Shown piece by piece: positions 58,792 through 64,000 of a stretch of DNA of 64,000 nt (positions are counted from its first letter, which is position 1; each line of letters begins with the position of its first letter). Made by a program: the position numbers and the translations under genes. The stretch covers positions 288,001 to 352,000 of the forward strand of contig JAVLKG010000001.1 of NCBI GenBank assembly GCA_032128875.1. The letters run 5' to 3'. The notes below the pieces were generated by a model. It worked only from the letters and a program-made list of their open reading frames with translations. It was not told the origin of the DNA and ran no database searches. Source of the DNA: Candidatus Melainabacteria bacterium 17Bon1m (GTDB lineage: Bacteria > Cyanobacteriota > Vampirovibrionia > Obscuribacterales > Obscuribacteraceae).

Positions 58792-59163
58792 GTGAAACTG
58801 AATCCAACAAAATCTGCGGAATTATTTGATGTGCTAGAGGCAATAGGCACCGCTAGTAACTTGGACTCGGAAATTGAAAAACAACAAAAATTGGTCGCCT
58901 CTATGTCGGAATCATCGTTTTCATCAGGCGAGCGTGGTGATGCTTTGTTCTACCTTGCGCGTTTGTATTTTCAAAAGCAATCATTTCAGCAGGCAAAGAA
59001 TTGTGCTGTAGAAGCAGTAGGTTTAAGACGTTTGTTTTACGGAAAGAAGGCGAAAGAATTTCTTGATGCTGTAACTCTGGCGCGATTAATTAACGATGAA
59101 ATTGAGAAAACTGAGCCACCGAAAAGGCGGCGAAGAGGCCGCGTTAAGTCTCCTAGCATTTGA
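58792..59163 (+). CDS. Small TPR-like protein with basic PPKRRRR tail
   Basis: GGAGG RBS; paralog of 29224-29544. Confidence 0.7.
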   Translation: MKLNPTKSAELFDVLEAIGTASNLDSEIEKQQKLVASMSESSFSSGERGDALFYLARLYFQKQSFQQAKNCAVEAVGLRRLFYGKKAKEFLDAVTLARLINDEIEKTEPPKRRRRGRVKSPSI

Positions 59164-59181
59164 GTTTTCTTAAAGTAGAAC

Positions 59182-59973
59182 TCAAGTAATTTTTTGCGCT
59201 GCCTCGTTGGACTCCGCGCCAGAGTTGTTGTCTCTGTTCGCGGAGTCATGCGGAGGGGAGAATATGCTCGGCTCTTTTCCAAACAACTTTTCGAAATTTT
59301 CCGCGATGGCATGATAACAGCCGCAACTTGCGGCTTCTAATCCTTCACGATCTTTTACCGTGACAATGCCTCTGACATATGAGATTAGCCCCGCTTTTTG
59401 CAAGGTCATTGCCGCAACGTTCACCGCCGGTCTGCGAACTCCAAGCATTTGTCCCAGGAACTCCTGCGTTAATGGAAAATTCCTTCTATCCATTCTGTCG
59501 TGGCAAAATATCAACCAGCGTGCACATCTTGAGTCAACATTGTGCGAACGGTTGCAAGCCGCGTTTTGAGCAGTTTGATTGAAGAGCGATTGAGCATACT
59601 TGTTCATTAACAGCCCAAATGTCGGAAGGTCTTTCATAAACTGTTTGAAGTCTACGGCGGGCATTCTTAGAGTCGGACCCGGTATCTGGCAAAAACACAT
59701 CCCTTCCATTGTCTCTGCGCCGAATATTATTGGCACACCCACGACACCTTCCTTCCCTACTGTTGCAACTTCAATGAATTCGTTTTCTTCAACGTATGCA
59801 ACTATCGATTCAACGCCACTTTCCGGAAAGTACACAAAATCCAATGGTTGTCCCGATTCGAAAATAGGATACTTTGTATTGAGGCTCAGGTATTCCAAAT
59901 GTGGTAGCACCGCTTCTAATTCTTCTGGTGGCAGTCTACGTAGAATGTGATTTTCAATTTTTTCAATAACCAT
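59182..59973 (-). CDS. Crp/Fnr-family transcriptional regulator
   Basis: VYFPESG, VGKEG, R.ARWL, LTQEFLGQMLGVRR HTH. Confidence 0.95.
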   Translation of the reverse strand: MVIEKIENHILRRLPPEELEAVLPHLEYLSLNTKYPIFESGQPLDFVYFPESGVESIVAYVEENEFIEVATVGKEGVVGVPIIFGAETMEGMCFCQIPGPTLRMPAVDFKQFMKDLPTFGLLMNKYAQSLFNQTAQNAACNRSHNVDSRCARWLIFCHDRMDRRNFPLTQEFLGQMLGVRRPAVNVAAMTLQKAGLISYVRGIVTVKDREGLEAASCGCYHAIAENFEKLFGKEPSIFSPPHDSANRDNNSGAESNEAAQKIT

Positions 59974-60015
59974 CAGTATCCCTCGGGCTTATGTTTGGTA
60001 GCGGTCATATAGGAA

Positions 60016-60040
60016 GACTGCGAAATGATCAGACGGTTTC
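60016..60040 (-). promoter_or_regulatory. Putative ECF promoter GAAAC-N17-GTC
   Basis: 42 nt upstream of the Crp ATG. Confidence 0.6.
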
Positions 60041-60122
60041 TGAATGTCACATGTGTTTACTTCCAAGTAGAAAGACAAAAAGACGTCACAGGACGTCTTT
60101 TCATCGAGATATCTAAGTAGCT

Positions 60123-60428
60123 CTACGCCGCTTTCTTTGCCTTTGCTTTTCCACCTTTCCTTCCAGCTTCTACCTTCTGCTGGTGAGATGATGATTTTGC
60201 TTTCCTACCGGTCTTTGGCTTGGTGGATGCTTTTTTTGAACTTGTCTTTTTGGCAGTGGTTTTTTTCTGCCCCGAACCTCCGGCTTTTTTGCCGCCACCA
60301 TCTTGCTTATTGACCGTCGCCCACGCCCTACTTTTCGCTTCTTTCTCGCTTACACCCTTCTCCTCGTAACTTTCTTCTATGTGTTTTGCTTTTCGTTCTT
60401 GTTTGTCCGTATATTTACTTCCTGGCAT
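60123..60428 (-). CDS. General-stress basic protein ('plasmid stabilization'-annotated family) with KGG motif
   Basis: YTDKQ.RKA.HIEE.YE...EA..RAWATVNK..GGG; EAGRKGG; GGAGG RBS. Confidence 0.85.
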   Translation of the reverse strand: MPGSKYTDKQERKAKHIEESYEEKGVSEKEAKSRAWATVNKQDGGGKKAGGSGQKKTTAKKTSSKKASTKPKTGRKAKSSSHQQKVEAGRKGGKAKAKKAA

Positions 60429-60455
60429 ATTCAAACCTCCATGATCAGATTTGAA

Positions 60456-60480
60456 GACCGTTGCTCAGTTTGTCGGTTCC
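60456..60480 (-). promoter_or_regulatory. Putative ECF promoter GGAAC-N17-GTC
   Basis: 27 nt upstream of ATG 60428. Confidence 0.65.
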
Positions 60481-60586
60481 AATGTGAATTGGCCATATCT
60501 CGCGCCCTTAAGTTGTTGGGTATGCACCCGCGTAAGGGCAGATTTACTTGTAATCGTGCTTGTTGCAAAAATAGTAGGCGACTGGG

Positions 60587-60664
60587 TTAGCCCCAGTCGC
60601 CTTGAAGAACCGGAAACTTCTTATCAGTAGTTTCCCCGTTCATAGTTGTGGCTTTCATAGCCAT
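60587..60664 (-). CDS. 25-aa small ORF (MAMKATTMNGETTDKKFPVLQGDWG) or sRNA
   Basis: Own promoter at 60698-60722 and terminator hairpin at 60576-60602. Confidence 0.4.
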   Translation of the reverse strand: MAMKATTMNGETTDKKFPVLQGDWG

Positions 60665-60697
60665 TTTCTTTCTCTATTCTCGTATCGATAATATGAT

Positions 60698-60722
60698 GAC
60701 GTTAGAAGCATCCTTCAGTTCC
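60698..60722 (-). promoter_or_regulatory. Putative ECF promoter GGAAC-N17-GTC
   Basis: 33 nt upstream of ATG 60664. Confidence 0.6.
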
Positions 60723-60746
60723 AAAAAACGTGCAAATTCTTAGCTG

Positions 60747-61259
60747 CTAACTAGCTTTTCTTTGTCGGATGGCGCTACGTCCTTTGCTCGTGTTCATCAT
60801 TCGCATTTTTTTCTTCTTGACGGTTTCAGCCATCATTTCTAGATCTTCGTCCGAATCCTTCAACTTCGGAAGCAGCTCGTTCTCTTCTTCTTTGACGTGA
60901 TGCTCGATCAACTCTTTGAGTACTGTGACTTTAGCCTTGCAGTTTTCTTCAGAACCATCCATTCTCGACATTTCTCGAAGAATGCCTTTGACTACATGAT
61001 GCTCTTCATAAGCTTCTTTAGCTCCGTCTTCTTCTTCCACCATTAATGGAGGATAAACAATTTGCTCCTCAAGAGTGGCATGAATTGTTAATTCAGTGAT
61101 TATTTTCTCCATTAAGCTTTTGCGCTGACGGCTAGTACGTGCGCCCTCGAATTCAGCAAAAAGTGCTTCGACTTTTCTGTGATCTGCCTTGAGCATAGAG
61201 ATTATTTCGGGTTCGCCCATCATTGCACTGACGGCATCGCCAACACTCTTTACGTTCAT
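60747..61259 (-). CDS. Hemerythrin (HHE cation-binding) domain protein
   Basis: DHR.VE.LF, HATLEE..VYP, EEH, HHVKEEE; AAGGAG RBS. Confidence 0.92.
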   Translation of the reverse strand: MNVKSVGDAVSAMMGEPEIISMLKADHRKVEALFAEFEGARTSRQRKSLMEKIITELTIHATLEEQIVYPPLMVEEEDGAKEAYEEHHVVKGILREMSRMDGSEENCKAKVTVLKELIEHHVKEEENELLPKLKDSDEDLEMMAETVKKKKMRMMNTSKGRSAIRQRKAS

Positions 61260-61289
61260 ATGATTTCTCCTTTCAGTGTCTTTAGAAAT

Positions 61290-61314
61290 GACCTGAATAG
61301 GACCTTTTAGTTCC
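61290..61314 (-). promoter_or_regulatory. Putative ECF promoter GGAAC-N17-GTC
   Basis: 30 nt upstream of the hemerythrin ATG. Confidence 0.65.
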
Positions 61315-61650
61315 AGAAAATGGCGATTTTGTTCAGTCAGGCTTTGCGCAAATGAACCGGATTTTCGCTCCAATTGAAGTTTCCTCTTCTAGCCCTTGTG
61401 TCTGGATCCGGTCACTTGCAAAAACGGTTAAGAGTAATGGTGATGCACCATAGGCGGTGGCGCGCGCTTAAAGAGAACTGTTCTGTGTCCGGATGGCGTA
61501 TCAACAAGGCTCTCAAGGTCCAGCGGTACCGCACAAAACGCAATATTTGCTCACGCGGGATATAGCCATAAGTATATCGATTGCCTTATTATCGTCACTT
61601 AATTTTGGCCGCTGTGTCGCAGTTACCTCTCGTACATAAGGGTTTTACTT

Positions 61651-63858
61651 ATGACTAGTTTGTTTATTTCCCGACAGACAACCAGAGCGCTTTCTTTTCT
61701 TTTTGCGCTAACCTTTTCACTTCAAACTTCTGCCTCTTATGCCAAAGATTTGCCGAGTGTCGGAGATTGGGATAAAGGCACCCAAGCCGCAGGTGAGCCG
61801 CCTGCCAACGCCGGAAATGGCGGTGAATTGCACCAGACCAATGTCAACCTGCCTCCGTTGACTACTGATTTGGGGACACCCATCTCCGATGACCAGAATT
61901 CGCTAAAAGCAGGTTCTCGAGGTCCGACTTTAATGGAGGACATGCCTGCAAGGGAAAAAATATTCCACTTCGACCATGAGCGAATTCCTGAAAGGGTGGT
62001 GCATGCAAGAGGTTTTGGTGCTCATGGTTTTTTTGAAAATTACAGACCCTTAAGCGATGTGACCAAAGCTGACCTCTTTCAAAAAGCCGGGGAAAAGACA
62101 CCTGTTTTTGTAAGATTCTCGACGGTAATTGGTCAAAAGGGTTCGTTCGATTTGGCTCGCGATGTTCGTGGTTTTGCGACAAAATTTTATACAAAGCAGG
62201 GCAACTGGGATCTTGTCGGCAACAACATTCCAGTCTTCTTTATTCAAGATGGCGTGAAATTTCCAGATCTGGTTCATGCAGCTAAGCCCGAGCCTCAGCA
62301 TGAAATTCCACAGGCGGCGACAGCGCACGATAACCTTTGGGACTTCATATCGCTTATGCCCGAATCAATGCACATGATTATGTGGGCAATGTCAGATCGC
62401 GCTATTCCGCGCTCTTACAGATTTATGGAAGGTTTCGGTGTTCACACATTCCGTATGGTGAATGCACAGGGCAAGAGCACTTTCGTGAAGTTTCACTGGA
62501 AGCCAAAACTTGGTATGCAGTCAGTTCTCTGGAATGAAGCCGTCAAAATCAATGGAGCCGATCCAGACTTTCACAGGAGAGATTTGTACGAAGCCATTGA
62601 GCGAGGCGACTATCCTGAGTGGGAACTAGGCATGCAACTCTTCGATGAAGAGTTTGCTCGCAAGTTTGACTTCGATGTTTTGGATGCAACCAAAGATATC
62701 CCTGAAGAGCTGATACCTGTGCAAAAGGTCGGAAGGCTGGTTTTAAATCGAAATGCAGACAACTTCTTTGCGGAGACCGAGCAGGTTGCTTTTTGTACTC
62801 AGAACATTGTTCCAGGTATCGATTTCACCAACGATCCTCTTCTGCAGTTGCGCAACTTCTCTTATTTAGATACGCAGTTAAAGAGGCTGGGATCACCTAA
62901 TTTCACTCAGTTGCCCATCAATGCTCCCAAATGTCCATTTTTCAACTTTCAGCAAGATGGACATATGGCGATGAATAATCCTAAAGGGCGGGTGAATTAT
63001 GAACCTAATTCTTGGGGTGGTCCGAGAGAAGTTCCGGAAGCCGGTCTTCAATCATTTCCCGAACCGATGCAGGGCGTGAAGGAAAGAAAGCGATCGGAAA
63101 CTTTTGCCGATCATTACAGCCAAGCAAGACAGTTTTATATTAGCCAGACACCTACGGAGCAGGGACATATCGCTGATGCCCTGGTCTTCGAGCTGTCTAA
63201 AGTGAAGAAGGCGTTGATTCGAGAAAGAATGGTAGCTCACCTAGAAAATATTGATAAGGATCTTGCGGGCAAAGTAGCTACAGGGCTCGGTATGAAAAAT
63301 CTGCCTGCACCTGCGAAGGCTGCAAGACCAACAAAGATGGATCTGCCGGCGTCTCCCAAGCTAAGCATTATTCTCAACGGTCCTAAGAGCTTTAAGGGAC
63401 GCAAGTTGGGCGTTGTGCTCACCGATGGAGCAGACGCAAAAGTATTCAACGGGCTAAAAGCTGCTGTTGCTGCTGAAGGCGCCGCACTCGAGGTGGTGGC
63501 TCCCACTATTGGCGGTGTCAACCTCAGCGATGGATCGCACGTCAACGCAGACCATAAGATTGATGGTGCACCATCGGTTCTGTTTGATGCCGTAGCGCTT
63601 GTGTTGTCGCAGCCAGGGGCGGAAAAGCTTGCTGGTGAATCAACCGCAAAAGACTTTGTCTCTGATGCTTATGCACACTGCAAGTTCATCGGCTTCACTG
63701 CTCCAGCAATGATTTTGTTTGACAAAGCAGGATTGAGCAAGTCTGTTGATGCAGGGTTTGTTCCTCTGGGGCAAGGAAAAGGCGCCAATGACTTCATCGC
63801 CTCTTGCAGGGGAGTTAGACTCTGGGCTCGTGAACCCAAGGTGAAGATGTCCAGATAA
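61651..63858 (+). CDS. katE: Large-subunit monofunctional catalase (HPII) with apparent signal peptide
   Basis: [25 protein letters not shown]-terminal GATase-like domain. Confidence 0.96.
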   Translation: MTSLFISRQTTRALSFLFALTFSLQTSASYAKDLPSVGDWDKGTQAAGEPPANAGNGGELHQTNVNLPPLTTDLGTPISDDQNSLKAGSRGPTLMEDMPAREKIFHFDHERIPERVVHARGFGAHGFFENYRPLSDVTKADLFQKAGEKTPVFVRFSTVIGQKGSFDLARDVRGFATKFYTKQGNWDLVGNNIPVFFIQDGVKFPDLVHAAKPEPQHEIPQAATAHDNLWDFISLMPESMHMIMWAMSDRAIPRSYRFMEGFGVHTFRMVNAQGKSTFVKFHWKPKLGMQSVLWNEAVKINGADPDFHRRDLYEAIERGDYPEWELGMQLFDEEFARKFDFDVLDATKDIPEELIPVQKVGRLVLNRNADNFFAETEQVAFCTQNIVPGIDFTNDPLLQLRNFSYLDTQLKRLGSPNFTQLPINAPKCPFFNFQQDGHMAMNNPKGRVNYEPNSWGGPREVPEAGLQSFPEPMQGVKERKRSETFADHYSQARQFYISQTPTEQGHIADALVFELSKVKKALIRERMVAHLENIDKDLAGKVATGLGMKNLPAPAKAARPTKMDLPASPKLSIILNGPKSFKGRKLGVVLTDGADAKVFNGLKAAVAAEGAALEVVAPTIGGVNLSDGSHVNADHKIDGAPSVLFDAVALVLSQPGAEKLAGESTAKDFVSDAYAHCKFIGFTAPAMILFDKAGLSKSVDAGFVPLGQGKGANDFIASCRGVRLWAREPKVKMSR

Positions 63859-63887
63859 TCACCACAAGCGTGGAAAACAATGAAAGG

Positions 63888-63917
63888 AGCGAAGGTTGAC
63901 CTCTACCTTCGCTTTTT
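63888..63917 (+). terminator. Intrinsic terminator after katE
   Basis: AGCGAAGGT...ACCTTCGCT followed by TTTT. Confidence 0.8.
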
Positions 63918-64000
63918 CTTTGCTGGAAGCACCAACAATTATGAAGCGAAAAACGAGTTCGAGCATCCAGCCTAGGCTTTCATCAACAGTTGTTTTTCGG

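Noticed and set aside
61380-61650. katE as a member of the ECF regulon
   Set aside because: No G(G/A/C)AAC-N17-GTC match found upstream by eye
1-64000. Prophage, IS element, integrase, reverse transcriptase or rRNA
   Set aside because: No such motifs recognised in any ORF or intergenic region

Overview
Gene-dense bacterial chromosomal segment, most consistent with a non-photosynthetic cyanobacterial relative (Melainabacteria/Vampirovibrionia, Obscuribacterales-like). That placement is inferred from the Rieske-cytochrome b-bd-like oxidase operon lacking petA/c1, a cyanobacterial-style RRM protein, a KaiB-like domain and many lineage-specific secreted proteins. Layout: (1) 1-8.8 kb, 3' end of an RND pump, patatin, an alpha/beta hydrolase and hypotheticals with REP-like palindromes. 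(2) 8.9-17.5 kb, accessory block with HNH, DUF2726 and DUF3883 nuclease-like genes and a substrate-binding protein fused to a DUF4239/bestrophin-like membrane domain. (3) 17.8-24.9 kb, HxlR regulator, nitronate monooxygenase-like gene and a complex III-bd-like oxidase operon preceded by an unannotated 30-aa membrane peptide. (4) 25-30.5 kb, Hsp20, RNB ribonuclease, RRM protein and tRNA-Leu(UAG). (5) 30.6-38 kb, secreted proteins (EF-hand, lipase, thaumatin-like). (6) 38-64 kb, dense signalling and general-stress region with hybrid kinases, a RedB/RedC-like pair, an ECF sigma factor, galTK, Crp, a KGG protein, hemerythrin and katE. Highlights: an XRE-HTH-KaiB fusion divergent from a pseudo-receiver; an ECF-type promoter G(G/A/C)AAC-N17-GTC found 11 times, correctly placed upstream of stress genes, which also exposes a candidate sRNA and a 25-aa ORF; and the SBP-bestrophin-like fusion. 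All family calls are by-eye motif recognition; no database searches were run.
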